Part shown: positions 21,343 to 32,913 of the stretch, in pieces
How the letters are laid out: the number at the start of each line of letters is the position of its first letter
Position numbering within the stretch: the stretch's first letter is position 1
From: an uncultured Verrucomicrobiae bacterium
GTDB taxonomy: Bacteria; Verrucomicrobiota; Verrucomicrobiia; Palsa-1439
Direction: 5' to 3'
Length of the DNA: 64,000 bases
NCBI GenBank assembly: GCA_963812605.1
Contig: CAWEWF010000010.1
Span: 96,001 to 160,000, forward strand
Program-made: the position numbers and the translations under genes
The notes under the pieces: generated by a model
The model's database searches: none
What the model was told of the DNA's origin: nothing
Seen by the model: the letters and a program-made list of their open reading frames with translations, nothing else

Positions 21343-23641
21343 ATGAGGATTGGCATCAGCGCCCTCGGTCAACTCTCCGAGGACACCGGCGGACGCACCT
21401 ACATCATCAACTTCGTCCGCACCTGCATCGAGATGAAATTGCCGCACGAGTTTTTCATCTTTTACTGCGGCCCCAAGGAGGACGTCTGGGGAGAGTTGCC
21501 GCCCAATTTTCACAAAATCACTGTCCCGTTTTCTTATGGTTCTTCGTGGGCCAAGGGTTTCGGCCTGCAATTAGTGCTGCCATTTTGCATCATCGGCAGG
21601 AAGCTGGACGTCATTTATTTCACCAACAACTTTGCCTCTGTTCTTTGTTTCAAACCCTACGTCCTCGCCGTTCGCAGCACGCTCTATTATCATTTCCCCG
21701 GGGAAGTCCCGCCATTCAAGAGGCTTTATCGCAAGACGGTGTCACGATGGAGCGCCAGGTTCGCGCGCAAGATCCTCGTGCCATCCGCCAGCATCGCCCG
21801 CGACATTGTCCGTTTCATGGGGGTGCCCCCGGAGAAGATCACGGTTGTGCCGCACGGGGTGGAAACGGACCGGTTCGCAAAGCGTCCCTCGGAGACAGAG
21901 ATTGACGCGCGACTGGCAACCATGGGGTTGCGCCGGCCCTATTTTTTGTTCGTGTCTGCCCTGTGGCGCTACAAGGGTGCGGACAAGTTTATCGCCGCGC
22001 TGAAACTACTGCGTGAACGCACCGGCCGGGCCGATCTCTGGGGCGCCATCGTCGGCAAAGGTATCGGCGCCGAGGAATCCAGCCGTCAGTTACGAGCATC
22101 TGGCGGAGGAATCCGGGATGCGTGGCGTTGTGCATTTCCTTGGACAGCGACCCGTACGAGGACATGCCGTTCCTTTATTGGGGTGCGGAAGCGCTGGTTT
22201 TTCCCTCGTACTATGAGAGTTTCGGTAATCCGCTGGCCGAGGCCATGGCCGCCGGCACACCGGTCGTCGCGTCGAATCGCCACGCCGTTCCGGAGATCGT
22301 TGGTATGTCGGCAGTGACTGTGGATCCCGATCAACTGGAAAGCATCGCGCGCGCCATGGAGCGTGTGAGCCAGGATTCCGGGTTTCGAGAACAACTGGTC
22401 GCGGCCGGCCGCGAAAGGGTTAAGCGATACTCCTGGGAAAAATCTGTCAAATCCGCCCTGCAGATGATCGAGTCCATTTCCCGGCCCAAAATCCTTCTTT
22501 TTGGTTATCTGCCGCCGCCCTACTTCGGGCCGAGCGTGACCTACCAGGCGCTGATGAAATCGGAATTCTCGCGCCGATTCGACGTGACCTTCGTTGACAT
22601 CACCGTGGCCGGCAGCGTGGCCGACCTGGAACGTTTTCGAGTTGCCAAGCTTTTCAAGGTCTTTGGCGTCCTGCTGAGGGCAAGCGTCCTCCTGGCGACG
22701 CGACGATTTGATTTTTGCTGTTGCCCGGTTTCCGTAAATCGAAACGCGTTCCTCAAAGACGCGCTGCTGCTACAACTGGCGCGGTTCTTTCGTGTGCCGA
22801 CGGTGTTGTATGCCCACGGCAACAACCTCCCTGACTTTTACACACGGTGCTCACCACTGGTGAAAAAAATCATTGACCGGACCTTTCGCAACGCCGCGGC
22901 CGCAGTCGTGCTCGGCGAACGCCTGCGCTTCAACTTCGAGACGTGGCTGGGGCCGGAAAAATCTTCGTCGTTCCCACCGGTATCGAGCCCCTGGACGCCA
23001 TTCCCGAGCCCGTCCCTCGGTCATCGACCACCACGGTATTGTATTTGGGCAACCTGATACGTGAAAAAGGGGTGTTTATACTGCTGGAGGCCGCGAAGAT
23101 TGTCGCGGCCAAACGCAGTGACGTTCGTTTTGTGTTCGGCGGCGCGTGGTTTCGCGCCGAGGATGAACGCGCGGCGCGGGAATTCGTGGCGCAGAACAAA
23201 TTGGAGGAAACCGTCGAGTTTGTCGGCCCCGTGTCCGGCCCGGCGAAATGGCGGCTGGTTTTTCGATCGGACATTCTCGCGTTCCCGACCTTTTACTACT
23301 ACGAAACCATGGGGCTGGTGCTGCTGGAAGCCATGCAGGCGGGATTGCCCGTGGTGGCGACGCGGCGCGCTTCCATCCCGGAAATGATCGAGGACGGCGT
23401 CAATGGCTGGCTGGTCGAGGAACAAGACCCGGACGGCCTGGCTGGGAGAATTCTTGAACTGGCGGACAATCCTGCGATCCGAAAAAGGATGGGACAGGCC
23501 AATCGCGCCAGGTTTCAGGCCTACTACACCCACGAGCATTACGGACAGCGGATGGCCGAGGTGTTCGAAACGCTCACCCTCAGGCGGTCAGGGCATCCAA
23601 AGCCAAAAGGCGGTGGTCGATCCGGCGCGAGTTTTTCTTAG
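21343..23641 (+). CDS. Tandem GT4-GT4 glycosyltransferase (frameshifts near 22090 and 22960)
   Basis: Two complete GT-B units: FPSYYESFGNPLAEAMAAGTPV, then KILLFGYLPPPYFGPS...FPTFYYYETMGLVLLEAMQAGLPV; the junction lies inside one open frame (22122-23057). Confidence 0.8.
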
Positions 23642-23684
23642 AAATATCTTTCACGACTTGGAGCACGTTTGCTGTGCCTCGGTT

Positions 23685-26406
23685 TTAGAAGTGACCGACG
23701 ACACGATAGAATCGTTTGGTTTGACCGGCGGTTGTCTTGTCGGTGATGGAAAGAGTGCCGCCGGTGCCGGAAAGGCCATTGGTCAGGACCGACCAGGTGA
23801 CGGTCTTCATGTCGCTGCGGTAATCCACTTCGTACAATTCGTTCGTCGTCGTGTTCGGCACGGTGGTGAAATTGATCACCGCGTTGTTGTTGGTCAATTT
23901 GAAGGATGTAATGGCGGGCGTAAGAGCCTGGAAGACCCCTTGGGGCAGCATCGCGACCTCAGTGGCGCCCAAGGTGCGGTTGAAGATCATTACGTCGTCA
24001 ACGACCCCGTTGAAGTCCCCGATTTGGCTGGCGGCATTGGTGCTCATGACCATGTTTCCTCCCCAAAAGGCGCTTCCCAGATAGACGCCGTTGACATAGG
24101 CCATAATGGTAGATTTATCGTAAATGACCACCACTCGGTACCAAGTGTTATTTTGGATGGCGCCGATGTCGAAGGCTGCTGACTGCCAACCGGCGGTGGT
24201 TTGCCCTTCCAGGTACAAGCTGCTGCCATCGACGTCAAACGCGAATCCGCTCGATAAAAAGTAGGATCGGATAGAGATAAAGGCGCCTACCCCTGAAGCG
24301 TCACGGGGATATATCGATGCGGCCACGGTAAAATTATTGGTAAAATTAAGCGCGCCGCTGGGCAGCACCACGTACGCACCGACACCGTCACAACTCACGG
24401 CTGAACCATCCAGGCCCGGAACCCATCCGTAAGGCGGAGTAAATCCTGTCAATGTTCCATTGGCGTGGCCGGCGGAATCGGCGGCGATTGTTCCCGTGTC
24501 CTCGTCGAACGTCCAGTAATCAGCTAGGCCGTCAAACAGATTCCCGACGACGTTGATCGTGACGGGAGTCGGGACACTCGTCGCCGGACCGTCGGTGGCC
24601 GAGAACGTGATGGAATAAGTTCCCACCTGGGCGGCGGTGGGTGTCCAGGAGAACACGCCCGTGGTGGAATTAAACAATGCGCCGGGGGGCAATGGCGAGG
24701 CTGAGTATGTCAGCGGATAGTTGTTGGAATCTATCGCCGACACGGTGAACTGCAGCCGGTTTCCTTTCTGAACGGATTGGCTGCTGATGGGGGAGAATAT
24801 CGGCGGAATGTTCAGATTCGGCGGCAAGGCAGCCAGTACATTGGCCAGCAGTCCGGAGGCAGTCAGGCTGCTCGACTGGAAGAGCACCGGCGTTTCCGTC
24901 AAGGCCGTCACGGAAGTGCTGCTGCCATAGATGTCCGTCGCGGCGAGTGTGTTGTTGAGCAACGATACCGTTTGTCCTTCCACGGCCCAGGCAAAAACGA
25001 TGGAGGTGTTGTTGGTTCGCTGCCACGCATACAAGTATACGATTTGGCCGGGGGTGCGATAGTCGACCAGCGTTGCATTGTTCAACCAATAGCCCGTCAT
25101 CAAGAAGGCTGACGTTTTGGGGTGCGGCCCGCGCATGCCGACATCCCAGCCGAACAATTCGAAGTTTGGATCCGACAGATTGGTGCTCAGGGGCAGGACG
25201 TGGGGTATCAGGCAGGAGACACCCGAGGCATGGTACATCTCCGTGGTCTTAATCGCACGGCACATCCCGCGATGCCAATCTAGGTTACTGGCAAATTCCA
25301 AGTCGATGTTGGTGCCCGTATCGGTCCCCAGGGCGCTGTGGCCGAAGAGCCCCAGTTCGTCGACGAAAAGCAAGCTGAGGTTGGCGAACCTACCGAAGGT
25401 CCAGATCAGGTTGTTTTTGGTGATGGAGCGGATCCAGTTCGGGGCGAGGTAGTCCACGTCGGGGGCGTAGGTGCCCCGGGAGTAATCGTGCCACGACCAA
25501 CCGTCGAACGTCGCCAACGGATTGGTGGCCATCGACAAAGACTCCAACTGGAGCGCGCTCGCCCAGGCCGGACCGATCACTTGAGGGGTGGGATCGCTTG
25601 CCTTGATCGCTTGCTGCGCTTGCGAGAACATCTGGAGGTAAAAACTAACAAAAGTGTCAAGGTTAGTGGTATTGGGGAATTTATCGTCGAAGGGTTCGTT
25701 CCAGATCTCAATCGCGGCGAGTTTGCCTTTGTACCGTGTTGCCAGAGCCTGCACGTAGGCGGTATGCAGTGGGATGATTTCATCGGGGCCCACCCAGAAC
25801 GGTGTGAAATCGGCGGATATCGCGATAATCTTGGAGCCTGTACTGGCCGCCACGGTCTGGTCCATGATGCTCCAGTTCCAGGCATCTCGATTCGTTTCCA
25901 CATCGGCCCAAATACTTTGGACGGTACGTACCCAGCTTGTACCCATCGACGCCATTCGTTGCGCACCACCGGAGTCACCGTTGGCAGCTTCACATCCGAG
26001 AAAAGAAGAGCCCGTGTAATCATTGGGCAGGACAGCGAACTGGTTGCGGTCACCGTTGCATTCAACAAAATAATGCCCGAGGGAACGGTGCAGGGTAGTC
26101 GGTGGGCCGAGGTAGACGACCGAGCCGTTCATGGCCAGCACCCGGATTGAGTAACGATTCGTGGTGCTGATCGTAATGGCATCGGAGAGACGGAATAAAC
26201 CCCAGCGGGTGCTCGGCGTTATGGAGATGATGATGTTGTTGGTGGCATAATGGATCGAAGGGATAAATGAAGAGATTGGATACTGCCTGGGCATCCACTG
26301 TTGCTGCGCGGAACCACGCAGCGACTGCCAAAACCATCAGCACTACAGGGAAACATCCCGCTCGTATCTATTGCGGCTGCAAGAACAATCGGATTTTTAA
26401 CGTCAT
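23685..26406 (-). CDS. Secreted multidomain GH-A-like protein, paralog 3 (GH + Ig-like + LamG + C-terminal RFYRV domain; 5' end frameshifted, start approximate)
   Basis: Same catalytic motifs (WNEP, FVDELG); LTYSASPLPPGALFNSTTGVFSWTP (putative Ig domain); YWTFDEDTGTIAADS...FNGVVDDVMIFNRTL (LamG); signal peptide in the adjacent frame (VVLMVLAVAAWFRAATVDA-Q). Confidence 0.82.
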
Positions 26407-26955
26407 CTCATACTGGCATGCGCACGTAGTTTGCTTTTGTGCGACGGGTACACTTACGGAATACAGGCAATGACCCACTAGCCAGCAGGAATTGACCTGT
26501 CAGTCATTCGGAAGACAACTGACTCTCGCGTGAACTTCTTGAGCTAGAATCTCCGTCCTTTTCATAGCTCGACCACCCCCCTCCTGAAGCGATCCCCATC
26601 GCCTCATTCCTCATGTCAGTTTACACCTTCCACAAAGCGCGTCAACTATATCTTATCCAAATGTAGTGTATCATTTTGCTCGAAGCCCATTTCGCGTAAT
26701 TTGTAGGGCAAGCGGCTCGCTTGCCGTTGCAGTTATTTCCAGGGCGAGCTGGCCGGTCGCCGTCGTCGTAGCCACGCCGCTCGTAGGCGTGTTTCGTCCT
26801 GAAGTCAGATCTTGTATGGCAGGGCCGCCCGCCTGCCCTACAATGCAGAACCACATCAACGAAGCCTGAATTCAAACTGACACACTACCTGATCCCGGAC
26901 AGGCCTGTGTTTCCGCTGTTCCGCCTCTATTATTAGTGCTCTTTCGACCACATAT

Positions 26956-29427
26956 ATGGATCAAATACCTCACTGCCGAGCCACCGAGCGTGCCGCAGAA
27001 TGGAAGATCCGTGTGGGGACGGATGCAGTCGGTTGGCTGGGTATTGTTGCTTCTGGCTGTTTTCACCTGGTTTTTTCACGAATGTATTTTTGATGGCTAT
27101 ACTCTGCTGACGACCGACGTGCTCCATCAACTCGTCCAGCCGTTTGGTGAATCCGTTCCGCATCCCGTTGTCCAAAACCATTTTACGCTGGACACGCTGG
27201 AGCAGGACTATCCCGGGCGGAGCGGTGGCAGAAAAGTGTTCGCGAGGGAAAGGTGCCGCTGTGGAACCCGGCCGTTTTCGGTGGACAACCACACGTGGCG
27301 ACCAGCATGGGCGCCGTTTTCAGTCCGTTCAAGTTGCTGCTTCTTTGGTCGAGCGTCGAACGCGGCTGGAGCCTGGGTATTGTTCTTCAATTCGTGCTGG
27401 CGGGCATATTTATGTTTGCCTTCCTGCGCGAATTGGGCCGCTCGCCTTGCGCCAGCTTCGTCGGCGCTTGCGCGTTTGGGCTGAATAGCAACCTACTGAT
27501 GTGGTACTGGCGCGAAACGTCCGCCTTCGTCTGGGTGCCGTTGGTGCTGTTCCTGTTTGAGCGTTCCGTGCAAAGGGACTCGTGGTCCTACACACTTGCC
27601 GCTGGCTTCGCGCTGGGTCTGGCGTTCCTGGGGAACAACGTCCAATCGGCCTTTCACGTCGCCTTCCTCTGTTCCCTGTACTGGATGTTGACCGCCCCTG
27701 GGGAGACCCGTCGCGGCGAAATGTCGCCGTCCTGCGAATTGCGGTGGCGTTGCTCATCGGGGTTTGCCTCTCCGCCGTTCAGTGGTTGCCGACGTTGGAA
27801 TTGATGAAACATGATGTGAGCGGAAGAGTGCAGGACGCGGGTCCACGACCGAACCTTTATCATACATTGTTGGGACTTCCGGTTTGCCTCAGCTTTGTCT
27901 TCAGCGGCCTAATCGGATCAACGGAATCCTATGATTTGACGAAATTGGCACATGCATCGATACAGGACTTTACGGCCTATGTGGGAGTGGTTCCGTTCAC
28001 GATGTTTCTGGTCGGCGCCGCCGATTTCCGCGAAAAACGGGTGCGCGCGTGGTTGATCATTGTCACCCTGGTGTTCATCGTCATCTTTTTCACTCCTTGG
28101 GTCGCGTATGTTTACCATCGGTTCTTCATCGTGGCGGTTTTTGGCGTAACGGTCGTGGCAGCCTACGGCACCGATTTTGTCCTGGACAAATCGCGCGATC
28201 ATTCTGTGCGAGTCCGCCGTGCGTTCCTGTGGATGACGGCGGCCTGCATCGTCCTGGCACTGGGCCTGATCCTCATGCAGATCTTTGTGCACCTGCGGCG
28301 CGCGGCATTGCTGGAGGCGGGACAGCGGTACATCACGGCGCATGCGGAGACGACCGTCTTTAGCGAGAAACGACAATGGCTTCGATCGGCTGCCCTTGTT
28401 TCTCGATCACTACCGCCTCTCCAACATTCTCTTCTGGTTGCCGATCAGCTCGGTGATCGCCGCCGCGATTGGTTGGTGGGCCTACGCCTACGGGCGGATC
28501 AGCCGAGGAATCCTGTGCGTCATGCTCGTGGTCTTGACGGTCTGCGATCTCACCTCCTCGGGACGTCAGATCGTGCCGCAGGTAAGCTTGCAGAAATACC
28601 CCTCTATCCTCCGCTCCCGGTTTTGGCGAAGGCGCAGGAGGACCCCGACCTGTTTCGCGTTCAACGGTGGCCGCAGCGGTTGCCGGGGTTTCTGCTGGAC
28701 AACATGCTCATGGTCTATGGCTTGAATACCGCGTCGGGTTACGAGTCCCTGGCGCCGGCCAATCTCGAATCATTTCTGGGGGCAACCAACGACGAAGACC
28801 TCGTCCTGCTGGATCTGGCGAACGTGAAATACCTGCTGGCAAGGCATTCGGTCGATTTGCCTCCGGAACATTTCGAACTGGTCACGGATACGCCAACCCT
28901 TCGTCTGTATCGCAATAAGCGTTGGCTGCCGCGCGCGCAGTTCGTAACCGATTGGCAGGTGGTTCCCGACCACCATCGCGTGATGACCCTGATGCAAACG
29001 CCGGGGTTCGATCCCAGGAAAACGGTGTTCCTGGAACAAGAGCCGCCCCCGGCTTTTGCCGTACCACGAACCAATGCGGGGAAGACGCCGCCGGTAACTG
29101 TCCAGATCGAGCATTACGAGAATGAGCTGTCGCGCTCCACGTGCGGAGCGCGCAACGGGGCGTCGTGGTGCTCGCGGACGTTTTTATCCGGGTTGGAAGG
29201 TCAAAGTGGACGGTCACGAAGCCGGACTTTACCGCGCGGACAGCGTGCTCCGTGCGGTATTTGTTCCCGCCGGTGCGCACGAGATCGAGTTTGTTTACGA
29301 CCCCTTTTCGTTCCAGGTGGGTAGGGCGCTCGCCGTGTCCTCCTTGGCCATCGCGGGGGTTTGGGCGCTTGCACGACTCCTGCTCTCCAAGGGCCCGGCA
29401 CGGCAGCGGAGCTTCCCCCTGCCGTGA
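26956..29427 (+). CDS. YfhO-family GT-C membrane glycosyltransferase (several frameshifts; start approximate)
   Basis: PLWNPAVFGGQP, LSAVQWLPTLEL, YVGVV, LDLANVKY, LYRNKRWLPRA, YPGWKVKVDG...LRAVFVPAGAHEIEFVYDP. Confidence 0.88.
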
Positions 29428-29455
29428 CATGGCATTTTGTGATATTTTGAATCCC

Positions 29456-30796
29456 ATGGTCGACATACCCACTCGACGCGAGCAGCGGCGTATTGCCATC
29501 GTGCGCCAGCCTCCACGATATGAATCGGCGAACGTGCGGCGTTCCGTGAACCGCGCCGTGGAGATCCTGGGTCTCACCTGGCAGGAAATCGTTCGCCCGG
29601 GAGACCGCGTGTTGCTGAAACCGAATTTCATCCGCGAGTCGCACGCCGACCGGCCGGACGAGTGGGAGCAGATCATCACGCATGGCGCCGTCATTGCCGC
29701 GGTCGCGCGTGAAGCCGCTGCCGCGATGGACGGCCGGGGCACCCTGACCATCGCGGACGCTCCGCAAACCGACAGCGATTTTGACGCGATCGGCGAACGC
29801 GCCGAGCTTCCCAGGTTGCGCGAACTGTTGCGGCGTGAATTTCCCGCGCTGCATTTTGAGGCGCTCGATTTGCGGCGCGAATCCTGGCGCACAAAACGCG
29901 GTGTAATCGTGGAACGCCACAAACTTCCGGAAGATCCACGCGGCTACACATTGGTCAATCTCGGCGAACACAGTTGCTTCCACAACAAGCAGGGACGCTT
30001 CTACGGCGCGGACTACGACACGGCATTCACGGCCCAGCATCACTCCCATGGCAAACACGAATATCTGGTCGCCCGTAGCGTGATGGATGCGGATGTGTTC
30101 ATCAACCTTCCCAAACTCAAGACGCACAAGAAAGTCGGGGTCACCCTCAGTCTCAAGAACCTCGTCGGCATCAATGGCGATAAAAACTACCTGCCGCACT
30201 TTTGCATCGGCACTCCCGACGAAGGCGGCGACGAATTTCCCGACAGCAAAGCGGCGACGAAATTCCAGAGTCGCGCGATCGCCGCGTTCAAGACCGCCGC
30301 AAAACGCGGCGGCGCGGCCACCAAACTCTGGGCGCCCCTGGCCAAGCGCGTGGGCTCGCGCGTCTTCGGCGACACCACGAAGGTCGTGCGCAGCGGCAAC
30401 TGGTGGGGCAATGACACGACGTGGCGCATGACTTTGGACCTGAATAAGGTACTGTGGCATTTCGACGGTGCCGGCAAACGGCGCACCAAACCCTTGCGCT
30501 ACCTGACCATCATCGACGGCATCGTTGCCGGCGAGGGCAACGGGCCCATGGAAGCCGACGCCAAGCCCTGTGGCGTCCTCATCGCGGGTACCAACCCGGT
30601 GGCCGCCGATTTCGTTGCCACGCGGCTGATGGGTTTCGACTGGCAAAAAGTGCCAACGATCCGCGAGGCGTTTCAAATTCCCGATCTCAAGCTGGCCGAT
30701 TTTGGTCCGGACGATGTCGAAGTTGCGCCCGAACTTGGCGAGATCTTCCATTTCCGGCCGCACTTCGGTTGGTTCGGTCACATCGAGGCGCCATGA
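29456..30796 (+). CDS. DUF362 domain protein
   Basis: VRPGDRVLLKPN, IITHG, IADAPQ, DVFINLPKLKTHKKVGVTLSLKNLVG, IDGIVAGEGNGP. Confidence 0.88.
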   Translation: MVDIPTRREQRRIAIVRQPPRYESANVRRSVNRAVEILGLTWQEIVRPGDRVLLKPNFIRESHADRPDEWEQIITHGAVIAAVAREAAAAMDGRGTLTIADAPQTDSDFDAIGERAELPRLRELLRREFPALHFEALDLRRESWRTKRGVIVERHKLPEDPRGYTLVNLGEHSCFHNKQGRFYGADYDTAFTAQHHSHGKHEYLVARSVMDADVFINLPKLKTHKKVGVTLSLKNLVGINGDKNYLPHFCIGTPDEGGDEFPDSKAATKFQSRAIAAFKTAAKRGGAATKLWAPLAKRVGSRVFGDTTKVVRSGNWWGNDTTWRMTLDLNKVLWHFDGAGKRRTKPLRYLTIIDGIVAGEGNGPMEADAKPCGVLIAGTNPVAADFVATRLMGFDWQKVPTIREAFQIPDLKLADFGPDDVEVAPELGEIFHFRPHFGWFGHIEAP

Positions 30797-32110
30797 TCCT
30801 CGGCAAAGGTATTTACGATTCCTTGCCCGTGTGGGCGCAGACCGTCGCCGTTAATTTGGCCAGCCGACGCGATTTCCGTGATAAGTACGGCCCAAATTTC
30901 CAGGCATTTCTACAACAACTGGCCGCTAACGAGAAGAAGTCCCGGGACCAACTCGAAGCGGAACAGAAGCAAGCCTTGCGCGAATTACTACAATACGCGG
31001 TCACACACGTGCCATTTTATCGTGAACAGAATTTGCCACCCGACGATTTCGCCGCGTGGCCGATCCTCGATAAACAATCCATTGCTGCTGCGCCGGAGAA
31101 ATTCCTTTCGGACGAGTTCGATTCACATCGGCTCATGACAATCAACACCAGCGGTACCACCGGCACACCGCTGACGGTGCGGTTTACGAGAGAATATCAT
31201 CAAATGGAGATGGCATTCCGCTGGCGGCACAAGGCGTGGGCGGGCTGCCCGTATCTTAGCAGTGGCGCGTATATCGCAGGTCATCCTATCGTGCCCCCGA
31301 ATCAGAAACGGCCGCCATTCTGGCGGGTCGACCGCTACGAACGTCGTCTGCTATGTTCATCCTATCACCTCACGCCGCAGAATCTGCAACCCTATGTAGA
31401 TGCGATCGCGGAATACGCACCCGATTTTGTTCATGGCTATCCATCATCAGTATACTTGCTCGCGAAGCACATGTTGGACCGCGGGACGACATTGAGCCCT
31501 CATGCAGTGTTTACCGCAAGTGAGACATTGCTTGATTTCCAACGGCTGGCCATCGAGCAAGCGTTCGGTACGAAAGTATTCAACTGGTACGGCAATACGG
31601 AATTCACCGGTAACATCATTGAATGTCCGGCTGGGCGATTGCATCAGCGGCTCGACTATGGAGTGCTCGAATTACTGGACGACGGCATGATGATCACGAC
31701 GGGTTTGAATAATCGCGCGATGCCTCTTATCCGCTACAAAGTTGGCGATAGCGCGACACGCCGCGAAGGCGCGTGCCCTTGTGGCTGCGAGTTTCCGTTG
31801 GTCGAACGCCTTGAGGGGCGCATCGAGGATTTCGTGCACACGCCCGACGGCCGCATTGTTGGTCGACTCGATCATCTTTTCAAGGACGTGCAGCACGTCC
31901 GCGAAGCACAAATCGTGCAAACGAAACTCGATGAGTTGATCCTGCGCATCGTGCGGACCGAGGGTTTTGGGCCGAAAGACGAACGCATCATGATCAAGGA
32001 AGTCCGTATGCGGCTCGGGGACTCGATCGGGGATTCGCTTCGAGTTCGCGGACACCATTGAGCGCACCTCCGCCGGCAAATTTCGCTTTGTCGTTTCCGA
32101 ACTCCTGCCT
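30793..32110 (+). CDS. CapK/phenylacetate-CoA-ligase family adenylate-forming enzyme (frameshift near 32030; possibly fused to the next domain)
   Basis: HVPFYR, TSGTTGTPL, HGYPSS, TASETL, YGNTE, TGLNNRAMPLIRYKVGD, GRIED, RTSAGKFRFVVS. Confidence 0.88.
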
Positions 32111-32179
32111 AACCAACGCGCTACCCAAGATGGCCTATGTCTGCCACCCCCGACGGGAGACGGAAGGACTCGTGCGATC

Positions 32180-32902
32180 TTCTCCAATGGCCGGCTCCAC
32201 GATTCGTCCCAGTCCGAGCGCGTACGTGACCTGTTCAACAAACGGGCGAACGCGTGGAGCGAGCTGTATCGGGAGAACCAGAAACTGGTGTGGCGCTTGG
32301 AGGAGTTTTATACCAGCCTAGCGAAACACATCCCGCCGCCAGCGAACGTGCTAGATTTCGGCTGCGGCGCAGGCAATCTGGCAATGTGCCTGTACGAGCA
32401 CGGGTACCAGGTCACTGCCTGTGACATTGCCGAGAAGATGATCGCCGAAGCGCGCCAGACTTTCGCCGGAACAGCCATTGAATGGGTGAACCTGCCGACC
32501 GAGTGGCAGCGTCTCCCTTTCCCGGACAACGCCTTCGATGGTGTCATCGCCTCCAGCGTCTTTGAGTACCTCGAGGACTTGAATCTCGCCTTTGGCGAAC
32601 TGGCGCGCGTATTGCGACCCGGCGGAGTTCTGGTGTTCAGCGTGCCGAACATGAGACACTTGGAACGCAAATTGGAGCAGTGGATCGGCCGCCTGACTGT
32701 CGGACGCTGGATTCATGGGCCGGCCCGTTCCATTCCTCAAATCCGCAACTATTTAGACTACTTGCGATTGTCGCGAAACCGTTTCGCGCCCGCCGCCTGG
32801 GAGCAACACGCCGCTGAGCATAAATTCCGCAGTTGCAGCGCCGTAAGCGACTTGTCACTCGAGCGGCCGTTATTGTTGCTCTCGCTTCAAAAGGAGCTTT
32901 AG
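32180..32902 (+). CDS. Class I SAM methyltransferase domain (no clear own start; in frame with the CapK C-terminus)
   Basis: VLDFGCGAG, LPFPDNAFDGVIASSVFEYL, LRPGG. Confidence 0.8.
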   Translation, partial: FSNGRLHDSSQSERVRDLFNKRANAWSELYRENQKLVWRLEEFYTSLAKHIPPPANVLDFGCGAGNLAMCLYEHGYQVTACDIAEKMIAEARQTFAGTAIEWVNLPTEWQRLPFPDNAFDGVIASSVFEYLEDLNLAFGELARVLRPGGVLVFSVPNMRHLERKLEQWIGRLTVGRWIHGPARSIPQIRNYLDYLRLSRNRFAPAAWEQHAAEHKFRSCSAVSDLSLERPLLLLSLQKEL

Positions 32903-32913
32903 AATCTGGTGCC

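Noticed and set aside
26410-26950. Riboswitch or sRNA in the 540-bp gap between GH paralog 3 and YfhO
   Set aside because: Only a small hairpin (gtcagt...actgac, about 26499-26523) and short featureless ORFs; I could not match a known RNA motif by eye. An Rfam scan would settle it.
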